NCBI GenBank assembly: GCA_964354755.1 | Contig: CAYHBA010000004.1 | Coordinates: 12,644 to 76,643 of the forward strand | Origin: an uncultured Thermoplasmata archaeon | GTDB taxonomy: Archaea; Thermoplasmatota; Thermoplasmata; SG8-5 | Direction: 5' to 3' | DNA: 64,000 nt | Program-made: the position numbers and the translations under genes | Notes under the pieces: generated by a model | The model's input: the letters and a program-made list of their open reading frames with translations, nothing else | Database searches by the model: none | What the model was told of the DNA's origin: nothing | Shown: positions 43,687 to 52,956 of the stretch, piece by piece | Layout: each line of letters begins with the position of its first letter | Position numbering within the stretch: position 1 is the stretch's first letter

Positions 43687-44533
43687 GGAGTACAAGAAAC
43701 CTTCCTGGGCAGTGATGAACATGAGGGCAGTGTTCGGGCGCGCCTACCCGCGCATAATCGGCGTGAACAGGGAGCTCTCCTGGGTATTCTTCGAAACTGT
43801 TCTCCCGCTTCTGGGAGTGGCGGCGTATGTCTTCGTCTACAAGGCGCTGGAGGCCCCGCCCGAGTACATAGGCTACGTCATAATCGGCGGAGCCATGACA
43901 GCGTACTGGATGAATGTGCTCTGGAGCATGGCCGCGCAAATGTACTGGGAGAAGGAGATGGGCAACCTCGAGCTTTACCTCGTCGCGCCCATATCCAGGA
44001 TGTCAGTCCTCGGTGGCATGGCCCTGGGAGGCATGTTCTCCTCGTCAGTGAGGGCGCTAAGCACCATAGTCGTGGGAATGGTCATCTTCGGGATTTCACT
44101 TTCTCTTCCTGACCCGCTCATGTTCGCCGGCATATTCATATTCACCATGATTGCGCTGTACGGCATGGGCATGATGTTCGCCTCGCTGTACATGCTGTGG
44201 GGCAGGGAGGCGTGGCACATGTCCTCCCTGTTCACCGAACCGATCTACCTTGTGTCAGGCTTCTATTTCCCAGTGAAGGGATTCACTGCTATGCTGGACA
44301 ACCCAGGCACCTGGATAGCGGTGGGCGCATCCATAATTCCGATAACGCTGGGCCTTGACGGGATGCGGCAGTGCCTCTACCCGGGCACGATGGACGGGTT
44401 CATACCGGTGTGGCAAGAGCTGATAATCCTGGTCGGGCTCTCCGTGCTGTTCATGATACTGGCCAAATACAGCCTGCAGTATATGGAGAATCTCGGGAAG
44501 CGCGAGGGGAGGCTGACGATGAGATGGCAATGA
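43676..44533 (+). CDS. ABC-2-type transporter permease
   Basis: 285-aa polytopic membrane ORF overlapping the ATPase gene by 11 nt. Confidence 0.8.
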   Translation: MKFEEYKKPSWAVMNMRAVFGRAYPRIIGVNRELSWVFFETVLPLLGVAAYVFVYKALEAPPEYIGYVIIGGAMTAYWMNVLWSMAAQMYWEKEMGNLELYLVAPISRMSVLGGMALGGMFSSSVRALSTIVVGMVIFGISLSLPDPLMFAGIFIFTMIALYGMGMMFASLYMLWGREAWHMSSLFTEPIYLVSGFYFPVKGFTAMLDNPGTWIAVGASIIPITLGLDGMRQCLYPGTMDGFIPVWQELIILVGLSVLFMILAKYSLQYMENLGKREGRLTMRWQ

Positions 44534-45477
44534 ACATTCCACCCGTCAGACCTGGCGCTCTCAGGAAACACATTCCGAGACATCCGATAAGGCGCGCAAT
44601 CCAGGACAAGGCGAAGAACAGAGCAAGGTACATGAATACTCAGACCTTCAAATGGTCTGCCTGGCTGGGATGGCAGATGGAGAGCAACTGGGCCGACCCG
44701 TTCCTTTTTGCCGTGTACAGTATAGTCAAGCCGATTGCGGCGTCGCTCATACTTGTGGTGATGTACCAGATAATAGCGCTCCTGGGCGGCGGCACGGACA
44801 TAGGCCTGTTCTATTACATGTTCGTCAGCAACGCCTTCTTCATGTACGTGGGCCAGGTTCTGTTCGGCGTGGCCCAGATAGTGCATGACGACAGGGAGCA
44901 TTACCAGACTATTAGGTACATATACATCTCGCCGTCCAACTACTTCGCCTACATGATGGGCAGGAGCGTAAGCAAGCTCATCATAACGACGTTCGCGGTC
45001 GTCATAACCATGGCATTCGGCGTTCTCATGCTGGACGTGCCCCTGAGCATTATCGGAGCCAACTGGCCCCTGTTCTTCGTGGTCATGGTCATAGGCATAT
45101 TCTGCATCATGGCTTTCGGCCTGGCCCTGGCGGGGCTTTCCTTCCTCACGGCAAAGCACCAGGGCGGCATGAACGAGGGAATAGCCGGCCTATTCTACCT
45201 GTTCTGCGGCGTGGTGTTCCCGGTGAGCGTGCTGCCTTCCTGGGGCGTCTCGTTCGCCAAGATACTGCCCATAACATACTGGCTGGAGCTCGTCAGGCGC
45301 AGCCTCGACCTCGGCGTGGGCATGGACTCCGCCCTTGCGGGAACGTCCACGGCGACATGCATCATGATACTGTGCCTCAGTACGGTTGTGTTCACAATAC
45401 TGGCCCTGGCAATATTCAAGGCCGGGGACACCGTTGCCAGGAAGAAAGGCCTAATAGACACGACCACGGCTTACTGA
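44530..45477 (+). CDS. ABC-2-type transporter permease (second subunit)
   Basis: Start set at the ATGA overlap with the upstream stop (alternative ATG at 44524). The upstream part of the ORF lies inside the previous gene. Six or so hydrophobic helices. Confidence 0.75.
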   Translation: MNIPPVRPGALRKHIPRHPIRRAIQDKAKNRARYMNTQTFKWSAWLGWQMESNWADPFLFAVYSIVKPIAASLILVVMYQIIALLGGGTDIGLFYYMFVSNAFFMYVGQVLFGVAQIVHDDREHYQTIRYIYISPSNYFAYMMGRSVSKLIITTFAVVITMAFGVLMLDVPLSIIGANWPLFFVVMVIGIFCIMAFGLALAGLSFLTAKHQGGMNEGIAGLFYLFCGVVFPVSVLPSWGVSFAKILPITYWLELVRRSLDLGVGMDSALAGTSTATCIMILCLSTVVFTILALAIFKAGDTVARKKGLIDTTTAY

Positions 45478-45605
45478 ATGCTGACATTCGGATGGATGTC
45501 AGGAATGCGGAGGACGAGCATGATGGCCTGGAGTTTTTCTATTAATGAATTTTTCTTTTTGCGTAAGGCCATCCAGCGCAGTCCGAAGCCCAAAAAGAAA
45601 AACTC
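45478..45605 (+). repeat. Structured post-stop repeat element, copy C (short variant)
   Basis: 128 bp directly after the ABC-2 permease stop. Shares the left core GGAGGACGAGCATG...TTCTTTTTGC..AAGG (46/60 nt, ungapped) and the right core GCGCAGTCCGAAG..CAAAAAGAAA.ACTC (27/30) with copies A and B. It has its own hairpin CTGACAT-n8-ATGTCAG (45481..45502) and lacks the ~50-nt centre of A and B. Confidence 0.7.
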
Positions 45606-45629
45606 ATAGACACGACCACGGCCTACTGA
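45606..45629 (+). repeat. 24-bp direct repeat of the ABC-2 permease 3' end (ATAGACACGACCACGGCCTACTGA) flanking element C
   Basis: Matches 45454..45477 at 23 of 24 nt. Overlaps the stop codon of the convergent CN-hydrolase gene. Confidence 0.75.
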
Positions 45630-46450
45630 TCCTTCTGTTCAGGCTGGGCGAACTCGCCCAGCCTTTCCATGAGGTCCTGCCTTGTCTCCCGGATGGTCGG
45701 CCTGAACTGCCTCGCCACTTCTATCTCGTTCAGGTCCACTTCCGCTTTCACCAGGCCCTCCAGGAAGGGTTTGCCCCCCGCTTTGACATTGCCCCTCGGC
45801 CCTATGAGCTGGTCGCCTCCCCAGAACGTCATGTTCTGCTCAGTCCCGACAAGATTCGCGAAAGCCACGAAAATAGTGTTCTCTATTGCCCTGGCAAGCA
45901 GTATCTTCTCGAAATAATCCCTTGTGACTGACGGCGAAGCTGAAATGCACAGGACAATGTCCGCACCCTCCAGCGCGTAGAGCTTGGTTATCTCGGGGAA
46001 GAAAATGTCAAAGCAAATCTCTATGCCCATCCTCCCGACTGGCGTGTCGAATATGGGCATTTTGTCCCCGCGGGCGAAGTACAGGTCCTCCTCGAAAGGC
46101 CCGAAGTTGGCCAGAACCATCTTGCGGTATGTCTCCGGTTCCGAATCAGGGCTCAGCACCAGGGCGGAGTTGTAAATCACCCCTTTCCTGTCCGCGTCAA
46201 GCTCTGGCATTCCAACCACAAGCCAGCGGCCATTCTCCTTGGCTATTGCATCCAGCTTTCTGACGGAATGGCCGCCCAAGCCCTCGGCCAGCTCGGAATA
46301 CCTGTCGCGGAGAGTGTATCCGGTGAGAAACATCTCGGAGAATGCCAGCACCTCGGAGTCGGTGCTCCGCACGGCACGCTCGACAAGTTCAACGTTGTGA
46401 GCCTTGTCCCCCAGCCTGGGCTGGACCTGGACCAGCGCTATCTTCGCCAT
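45623..46450 (-). CDS. Carbon-nitrogen hydrolase (nitrilase superfamily)
   Basis: MAKIALVQVQPRLGDKAHN..., FSEMFLTGY (Glu), GIEICFDIFFPE (Cys). Confidence 0.85.
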   Translation of the reverse strand: MAKIALVQVQPRLGDKAHNVELVERAVRSTDSEVLAFSEMFLTGYTLRDRYSELAEGLGGHSVRKLDAIAKENGRWLVVGMPELDADRKGVIYNSALVLSPDSEPETYRKMVLANFGPFEEDLYFARGDKMPIFDTPVGRMGIEICFDIFFPEITKLYALEGADIVLCISASPSVTRDYFEKILLARAIENTIFVAFANLVGTEQNMTFWGGDQLIGPRGNVKAGGKPFLEGLVKAEVDLNEIEVARQFRPTIRETRQDLMERLGEFAQPEQKDQ

Positions 46451-46549
46451 GCACCATGATACAGATTCGTGCTAATATTGGTTTTGCAGCCCCTCTGCGG
46501 CCAAGGACCACCGGAAGGTTTTAAAAGAGGCTGCATATTGGCGGTTTCC

Positions 46550-47302
46550 ATGGCCCGAAGGAAGAAAGCCGGGGAGCTGCGCAACACCGAGGTCGAGTGC
46601 GGTTACTGCGGCGCCATCATCCAGGAGGACGCAATCAGGTGTTCGAGCTGCGGCAAGCTTTTCTCGGCGGCAAAGAAAATCATCGCGTTCACGGTGGTTA
46701 TGATCGTAGTCGTCGCTGGCATGTCCTACCTGATGTACTCGGCCTATATCACCGAACAGAATGCGGCCTGGAACGAGATTAACCCGGACGACGGAGATGG
46801 TACGACGACATCAGGCAAGACTATTATTTTCGAGCTCAAGGAATCGGACGCGCCCAACACCTGCGCCAACATCAAGAAATACGTGAGCGACGGGTTCTTC
46901 GACGGCCTGATATTCCACAGAGTCATCGATAACTTCATGATACAGGGCGGCGGGTACACACCGGACCTCACACAGAAAACCGCCACATACGGCCCGATAG
47001 CCCTTGAAATAAGCAGCCTCAAGCATACGGACGGGGCTGTGGCCATGGCCAGGACAAACGACCCGAACAGTGCGACAAGCCAGTTCTACATATGCGACGG
47101 CGCCCAAACCTCGCTGGACAACAACTACGCGGTGTTCGGATATGTCACGTCGGGCATAGAGCACGTGCGGGCGATTTCGGCCGTAGAAACAGGCACCGAG
47201 GGCGGCATGAGCGACGTCCCGGTGAGCGATGTCGTAATCCAGAGCGCAAGGCTGAGCACATCCGGCGGAAAGGCCTATGTCACGCTCACGGTGACCTATT
47301 GA
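46550..47302 (+). CDS. Cyclophilin-type peptidyl-prolyl isomerase with N-terminal zinc ribbon and TM helix
   Basis: CGYCGAIIQEDAIRCSSCG; TM IIAFTVVMIVVVAGMSYLMY; cyclophilin core FHRVIDNFMIQGGG...GAVAMARTNDPNSATSQFYI. Confidence 0.85.
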   Translation: MARRKKAGELRNTEVECGYCGAIIQEDAIRCSSCGKLFSAAKKIIAFTVVMIVVVAGMSYLMYSAYITEQNAAWNEINPDDGDGTTTSGKTIIFELKESDAPNTCANIKKYVSDGFFDGLIFHRVIDNFMIQGGGYTPDLTQKTATYGPIALEISSLKHTDGAVAMARTNDPNSATSQFYICDGAQTSLDNNYAVFGYVTSGIEHVRAISAVETGTEGGMSDVPVSDVVIQSARLSTSGGKAYVTLTVTY

Positions 47303-47308
47303 AACGGG

Positions 47309-47632
47309 TTACTTGTCTTTATTTCCTTCGGCCAGGGCCATCTCCGCAGCCTTCTTGGCCATCCTCATGCTGCCCATCACAACAAAAACCATGCCGGCAA
47401 TAACAAGTGTCAGCCCGAAATACATGAAGAAAGAGTCCTCCGAGGTTTCAGCGAACCTCGGAATCAAAACCCCGGCCACGCCGATTATCATCAGCCCATA
47501 TCCGAAATAATATAGGCCGTTGCGCCTGACATCCAGTGTCTCGCATTCGGAAGCGCAGTAAATGCACCTGTCCCCCTCCAGCCGGCTCTTGATGTAAGCC
47601 TTGCGGCATTTGGAGCAGTACTTGTACTTCAT
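47309..47632 (-). CDS. Small zinc-ribbon membrane protein
   Basis: Start at MKYKYCSKCRKAY...CIYCASEC, followed by two hydrophobic helices. The upstream part of the 198-aa ORF looks non-coding. Confidence 0.5.
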   Translation of the reverse strand: MKYKYCSKCRKAYIKSRLEGDRCIYCASECETLDVRRNGLYYFGYGLMIIGVAGVLIPRFAETSEDSFFMYFGLTLVIAGMVFVVMGSMRMAKKAAEMALAEGNKDK

Positions 47633-47961
47633 GCTCCTCCATCCGCATCCTGGATAAATCGGTTTGCATTTTTGTCGGCATCCAAAGTCCTGCTGGACAT
47701 TTGGAGCTGATGACTGGGTGTGAACGGCATCCGAACCCTGCGGGGATTTCGAACGACAAGCACGGTGTGTGTTGTGCCCTGGGAAAGTACAGGTCTGGAC
47801 AGTGCACAGAGGAATAATGCGCTCGTGATTAGAAACCAGGAATATTGGGGACATCCAAGGGGCATCATGGCTGCCCTTGTGGGTATACCAAGGGCATCCC
47901 CGCATAACGCTTATATGCTCCGGGAATGATTACCACACAGGAAAAACTGAGAGGGAGGAAA

Positions 47962-48648
47962 ATGAAAGATTCGGCAAAGCTGCTCAACTTCAACGTGAAC
48001 CGCGAGCTCAAGTTCAGCGTGTTCAGGCAGGTGGATTTCAACACAAGGAGAGAGCTGTCTTTCAATCTGAACCGGGACCTGAGCTTCTTGACAAACCGCG
48101 ACCTCGGTTTCGGCAAGCGCGGCGTTGTTTTCCGCGGGTACGTCTGCCCGGTATGCCGCTCCCCCGTGGCAAAGGATGCACTGCGCTGCGACGAGTGCGG
48201 CGTCAAGTTCGAGCAGCCGGCGAAGAAGGCCCAGAAGAAGGCTTCGACCGCTCCAGACCCCTCAAGGCTGGCGAAGCCAGACCGCGGGTTCGGCCTGCAC
48301 ACGGCCTACAAAGACGCAGTTCCCCAGCGCAGGAGCACTTTCGAGTGCCCGGGCTGCGGCAAGATACTCTACGTGGGTGCGGAGCAGTGCCCCGGATGCA
48401 TGACCCAGTTCACCGACAATGCGCCGCCCCCGGCCCCCCCGGTCAAGCCGAACTCAGAGGCGCCGAAGACAGCCGCATGCACGAATTGCGGGTACGGGAT
48501 TCCGCCCCAGGACAGGTTCTGCCGCAGGTGCGGCTCTCCCAAGCCGGCGCAGGCCAACCGGACCCTTGTCAGCTGGGACGAGTATGCCGACAGCCACAAG
48601 GACAGCGGTATGATTTCATGGGATGAATATTCGAAAAGAGGTGGTTAG
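47962..48648 (+). CDS. Multi-zinc-ribbon protein with N-terminal NR(E/D)L(S/K)F short repeats
   Basis: Three CxxC...CxxC pairs (CPVCRSP..CDECG, CPGCGK..CPGC, CTNCGY..CRRCG) select this frame over the overlapping 47877..48626 frame. The start could also be 47926. Confidence 0.6.
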   Translation: MKDSAKLLNFNVNRELKFSVFRQVDFNTRRELSFNLNRDLSFLTNRDLGFGKRGVVFRGYVCPVCRSPVAKDALRCDECGVKFEQPAKKAQKKASTAPDPSRLAKPDRGFGLHTAYKDAVPQRRSTFECPGCGKILYVGAEQCPGCMTQFTDNAPPPAPPVKPNSEAPKTAACTNCGYGIPPQDRFCRRCGSPKPAQANRTLVSWDEYADSHKDSGMISWDEYSKRGG

Positions 48649-48651
48649 ACA

Positions 48652-49260
48652 ATGGATATATTTACCATATATTTGCTGATAGCGATAGTATGCGTTGTGC
48701 TGCTTGTAGTGATGGCAGCCCTCGGGGGACTTGGTGGCGGCCATGACATGAACTTTGGCGGCCACGATGTGGATTTCGGCGGCCATGGGGACATTGGTGG
48801 CCATGACGCCGACCTGGGGCATTACGATGCAGGCCACGGGGACTACTCCGGCTCGCATCTAAGCCCGCTCAGTGTTCCGATACTGCTGGCGTTCGGCGCC
48901 ACGTTCGGAGCGATGGGGGCCATAATGGACGAGCTGATAACGAACGACTACATCGTTCTCGGCATAGCCGTCCTGGTCGGCATAATCGTGGCCGGCGGCA
49001 TGTATGCGCTCGTATACACCTTGCTCGTCAAGAGCCAGGCCAGCACCCACATCTCGATGAAGGACTACGTCGGGCTCGACGGACTGCTCACTGTCGGAAT
49101 CAGGAACAAGGAGCCTGGCGAAGTGGTCGTGAACACGGAGAAGAGAGGGCGCGTTCCCGTGCCAGCGACGGCAAGCCACGACATCGAAGCTGGCTCACAA
49201 GTCAAGGTCATAGGCATCGCGGGCGATGCAGTGATAGTGGAAAAGAAGAAGGAGGCATGA
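48652..49260 (+). CDS. NfeD-like membrane protein (flotillin partner) with Gly/His/Asp-rich loop
   Basis: N-terminal TM, a GGHD-type repeats segment, further TMs, and a C-terminal OB-like EPGEVVVNTEKRGRVPVPATA...VKVIGIAGDAVIV. ATGA coupled to the flotillin gene. Confidence 0.7.
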   Translation: MDIFTIYLLIAIVCVVLLVVMAALGGLGGGHDMNFGGHDVDFGGHGDIGGHDADLGHYDAGHGDYSGSHLSPLSVPILLAFGATFGAMGAIMDELITNDYIVLGIAVLVGIIVAGGMYALVYTLLVKSQASTHISMKDYVGLDGLLTVGIRNKEPGEVVVNTEKRGRVPVPATASHDIEAGSQVKVIGIAGDAVIVEKKKEA

Positions 49261-50678
49261 AAATGGACATAGTGATAGTGCTGTTGGGACTGATAATCGC
49301 GGCTACGATAATGTCGATATTCATCATATACGCCAGCCGCCTGAAGAAGGTCCCGCCGGACAAGGCAATGGTCGTATACGGCAGGGGAGGATTCCAATTG
49401 GTCACAGGCGGCGCCAGGTTCATCTGGCCCGTCGTGCAGTCCTATGAGTTCCTGCCCCTGGATGTAAGGACTCTGGAAGTGCATGTGCAGGAGATAGTCA
49501 CCGACGTCAAGAGGAGCGGCGCAAGGCTGAACATCAAATCCGTCGCCCAGGTCAAGATATCGAGCAACGATGCGATACTCAGGACAGCGGCAGAGAACCT
49601 GCTCCACAAGACAGACATGGCAATCAACGAGATTGCGCTGAAAACCCTGGAGGGGCATGTCCGTGGCGTGTGCGCCGTGCTGACGATAGAGGAGATAAAC
49701 TCCGACAGGGACAGCATCGCCTCGAAGATCCAGAACATGGCGGGAAACGACCTGAAGAACATGGGTATTGAGATCCGGTCTTTCGTCATCAAGGAGATCG
49801 AGGATGCATACGGCTACCTGGACGCACTCGGCGTCAAGAGGACCGAGGAGGTCAAGAGGGACGCCAGGGTGGGAAAGGCCATAGCCAACAGGGAGGCCAC
49901 CATCCAGGAAGCGAAAGCCGCTCAGGAGGGGGAGCAGGCCAATGCCGAAGCTGAAGCTCAAGTCGCCGTGTACCACAGGGACAGGGACATAACGCGCCAG
50001 AAGGCCGAAGGCGAGGTAGAGAAAGAGCGCGCGAACAGGGAGATTGCCTTCGCCATCCAGGACGCACGCAGGAAGCAGGAGCTCGTCGTGGAGCAGAGGA
50101 CCATAGACATACGCGACAAGGAGAAGAGCGTCGAGGTCCAGCGGCAGGAGGTCATGAGGCGTCAGCAGGAGCAGGAGGCCGTTCAGGTCGTGCCGGCCAA
50201 GGCCAAGGCCAACTCGGTCGTTGCCGAGGCCGAGGGGGAGAGGCAGAGGCTGACCATAGTGGCTGAAGGCGAGAAGCAGAAGCTCACACTCGTGGCCGAC
50301 GGCCAGGCAGAGAAAATCCGGAAGGAAGGAACTGCAGAGGCAGACATAATCAGGCTGAAAGGTCTCGCAGAGGCCGACGCCATCCGCGCGAAGGGCCTTG
50401 CAGAAGCCCAGGCGATGGAGAAGAAGGCCCAGGCATGGGAGATGTACGGAAAAGCGGCTCTCACTCAGCTCATAGTGGAGCAGCTGCCCGCGATAGTCGG
50501 AGAGGCTTCAAAGTCGCTCCAGAACACGGAGAAGATAATCGTGATGGGCGAGGGTGGCCCCTCAAAGCTGGTCGGCAGCGTAGTGGACATCGCAGCGCAG
50601 GCTCCGGCCCTGGTGAAGAGCCTAACCGGCATGGACATAGGCGAGCTCATCCAGAAGACCAAGGAACTGATAAAGTAG
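49257..50678 (+). CDS. Flotillin / SPFH (band 7) family protein
   Basis: N-terminal TM plus an SPFH core, followed by a long Ala/Glu-rich coiled-coil region (EAEAQ, AEGE repeats) typical of flotillins. Confidence 0.9.
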   Translation: MKMDIVIVLLGLIIAATIMSIFIIYASRLKKVPPDKAMVVYGRGGFQLVTGGARFIWPVVQSYEFLPLDVRTLEVHVQEIVTDVKRSGARLNIKSVAQVKISSNDAILRTAAENLLHKTDMAINEIALKTLEGHVRGVCAVLTIEEINSDRDSIASKIQNMAGNDLKNMGIEIRSFVIKEIEDAYGYLDALGVKRTEEVKRDARVGKAIANREATIQEAKAAQEGEQANAEAEAQVAVYHRDRDITRQKAEGEVEKERANREIAFAIQDARRKQELVVEQRTIDIRDKEKSVEVQRQEVMRRQQEQEAVQVVPAKAKANSVVAEAEGERQRLTIVAEGEKQKLTLVADGQAEKIRKEGTAEADIIRLKGLAEADAIRAKGLAEAQAMEKKAQAWEMYGKAALTQLIVEQLPAIVGEASKSLQNTEKIIVMGEGGPSKLVGSVVDIAAQAPALVKSLTGMDIGELIQKTKELIK

Positions 50679-50691
50679 ACACGCAGGAATA

Positions 50692-50730
50692 GCCCGCCTC
50701 TCCGAAGGCGGGCCAATTTTCATTTTTATA
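50692..50730. terminator. Hairpin between convergent flotillin and rsgA genes
   Basis: GCCCGCC-tctccgaa-GGCGGGC, then CAATTTTCATTTTTA. Confidence 0.45.
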
Positions 50731-50739
50731 TTTCTCTGA

Positions 50740-51807
50740 TTAGCGTCCTGTCTCTTCGAACCTTTTCCTGCGCCTCGCGGCCGCGGAGTTCTGCTGCCTC
50801 ACCCTGCTGCGCTGGCTTTTGGCCACGGAGACTATCGCAAGCTCCCTCTGGAATTTCAGGTAATTGTCGAACCTCTCCCTGGGCAGCTTCCCCGAGGCAA
50901 TGGCCTGCTTCACGGCGCAGCCAGGCTCAGTCATGTGTTGGCAGTTCCCGAACTTGCACTGCGTCACCAGCAGTTCTATGTCCCCGAACTCGGTGGCTAT
51001 GATGGACTCATCGCCAGTCACCCCGAAGCTGCGTATTCCAGGATTGTCTATCAGCATCCCGCCGCCCGGCAGGACCACGAGCTCGCGCCAGGTAGTAATG
51101 TGCCGGCCCTTCGAATCCGAATCCCTGACTTCCCCGACTACCAATCTTTCTTCGCCCAGCAGGGCGTTGATTATGGAGGATTTGCCGACACCGGACGGCC
51201 CTATGAGAGAGCCTGTTTTCCCCACGCCCAGGAACTTCCTTATGCCCTCTATTCCCTGGCCCGTGGAGGCGCTCATTACGAGAACCGGAATATCCTTCGC
51301 CACACTGCGGGCAGCGGATTCGGCCGCCGCAACGTCCCCGCAGAGGTCTGCCTTGTTCAGAACCACGGCGACTTCCGAGCCTGAGGCATTGGCCTGGGCT
51401 ATGAACCTCAGAAGCTTGTTCCCGTTGATTTCGGTGTCCAGGCCCATGACGACAAACAGGACATCGACATTGGCGCTAATGACCTGGTCACCCAGGTACC
51501 CGCCCTTGTTGTAATCCGCTCTGAGAAGCTGGGTCCGCCTTGGCAGCACGGCCCTTATCTGCATTAGCCCGGTCTCGGCATTGCCTTTGACAGCCGCCCA
51601 GTCGCCCACTGTCGGGTAGTCGATGCCCTGGGCAGTCTCGTACCGCATGCGGCCCGTCATCTTACCTTTGAGCTCTCCTATTTCCGAAAGGGCCGTGTAG
51701 AGATTGGCGTGCCTCGAGGTGATGCGGGCCGGTATGAAGCCGCCCTCCCTGTACATTGTGAATGCCCTGTCGTATTCGGCGTTCCAGCCGAGCGATTCCA
51801 AATCCAT
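50740..51807 (-). CDS. rsgA: Ribosome small-subunit-dependent GTPase RsgA (YjeQ)
   Basis: Circularly permuted GTPase: VLNKADL (G4) precedes GPSGVGKSSIINALL (G1). Zinc knuckle CKFGNCQHMTEPGCAV. Confidence 0.9.
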   Translation of the reverse strand: MDLESLGWNAEYDRAFTMYREGGFIPARITSRHANLYTALSEIGELKGKMTGRMRYETAQGIDYPTVGDWAAVKGNAETGLMQIRAVLPRRTQLLRADYNKGGYLGDQVISANVDVLFVVMGLDTEINGNKLLRFIAQANASGSEVAVVLNKADLCGDVAAAESAARSVAKDIPVLVMSASTGQGIEGIRKFLGVGKTGSLIGPSGVGKSSIINALLGEERLVVGEVRDSDSKGRHITTWRELVVLPGGGMLIDNPGIRSFGVTGDESIIATEFGDIELLVTQCKFGNCQHMTEPGCAVKQAIASGKLPRERFDNYLKFQRELAIVSVAKSQRSRVRQQNSAAARRRKRFEETGR

Positions 51808-52352
51808 GCGGAAGCGTATGAAAACACCGGCATATAATTATTTCGCTTATTTATATAAAATTAGTCAATTTAATATCCACTGATATCGGTGGAAAATGAG
51901 GGGGGCGCCTTGCCCAACAGGTAACGATTCGGTGTCGCCATCATAGGGCTTCCTCCTGCCTGAAATCGTATAGACTGTGGATGTATTTATTCCTGTCGGG
52001 AGCAGCGAATAATGCCTATTTCGCAATGAGTTGGGCCCAACCAGCCTCATTTTCCGACATGCTGGCTAATTTTTGGTTCAAGGGGTGGTTTAAATACCCT
52101 CGAAATAAGGAAAATCATCCCCCTTGTTCTTTTTTGATTTTAAGGCAGAATATATAAACAGGAAATCACAAGTGCAGATTCGGGAATTTGAATTTACAAG
52201 CAAATTGTAAGAAATCGATTAATACAGTTAGTGTCATTGCCATCGTGGTGAAATGAAACAATGCAAACATCAACTGTGAGAAAAAATGACATTTCAGCGG
52301 AGTGTGAGCGCCGCTGACCGATTGGTTCGCTTATGCACTTACAGACATTCAA

Positions 52353-52838
52353 TTGTACGCGCTCGCATTTTTGCTGGTCTCCATTTTTATTGCCTCCTTG
52401 ACCGACCTACAGCGCATGAGCGCGCAGCGCGGGTTCTTTGTATTCTGGCTATTGATAATTGTTGTTGTATTGATTTATGACATCTGCATGGCAATGGATT
52501 CGGAAGAATGGCTCATGGTGGCGGTGAAGTGGGGCTTGATATTGCTGTTTGCCATACTCTCCAACGGTTATATCGGCACCTACTTCAGGCTCGCCAAGGC
52601 GGATGTCGCTGCCTGCGCCGCTGCCGCCTGCATTCTGGCACCGATTCTGATAATTCTGTTATTCATAATGCTGAAAATCGCGGACCTGGCAATGAGGCCG
52701 GTTCTCCGCCTTTTCGGGAAGGATGGCGCATATCCGTTCATGCCAGTAGTTTTGGTTGGGCTCCTGAGCACGCTGGCGATTTCAATATGGGTTATGCCGT
52801 GGGTGATGGACATCGGAATTTTTTTGTTGGTTTTATAA
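52353..52838 (+). CDS. Small polytopic membrane protein (weak resemblance to A24 prepilin/preflagellin peptidases)
   Basis: 161 aa with 4-5 hydrophobic helices. Asp residues in SLTDLQRM and LAKADVAA contexts are the only hint of A24 family membership. Confidence 0.35.
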   Translation: MYALAFLLVSIFIASLTDLQRMSAQRGFFVFWLLIIVVVLIYDICMAMDSEEWLMVAVKWGLILLFAILSNGYIGTYFRLAKADVAACAAAACILAPILIILLFIMLKIADLAMRPVLRLFGKDGAYPFMPVVLVGLLSTLAISIWVMPWVMDIGIFLLVL

Positions 52839-52956
52839 TACTCAATAATTGCTCGTTCGGGAGACGACTTATTCTTATCATTTTGAAATTGAGAATAAAT
52901 ATCACAAGATTAATAAATGAAATGTGCTTATACATTTTATATAATTTGAGGAGGAG

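Noticed and set aside
44377-45159. 260-aa ORF on the - strand; similar long antisense ORFs at 40785..41492 and 29156..29800
   Set aside because: They are antisense to the ABC-2 permease, ABCE1 and PLD genes respectively. All have biased His/Arg/Gly composition and no recognisable domains.
47877-48626. 249-aa ORF in an alternative + frame; likewise 61574..62218 in an alternative - frame
   Set aside because: They are same-strand overlapping frames with Arg/Pro/Gly-rich translations. The competing frames contain regular CxxC zinc ribbons or HTH motifs.
49065-49976. 303-aa ORF on the - strand
   Set aside because: It is antisense to the flotillin gene, which is unambiguous. It has no start context or motifs.
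51865-52050. 61-aa ORF on the - strand in the A/T-rich gap
   Set aside because: It is short, has no ribosome-binding or promoter context and no motifs. It is likely spurious.
51808-52352. tRNA or other structured RNA gene in the long intergenic gap (also 23537..23634 and 60889..61162)
   Set aside because: No cloverleaf-compatible sequence (no GTTCRAnnC T-loop with a matching acceptor stem) and no recognisable RNase P/SRP motifs by eye. This needs Infernal to exclude it properly.
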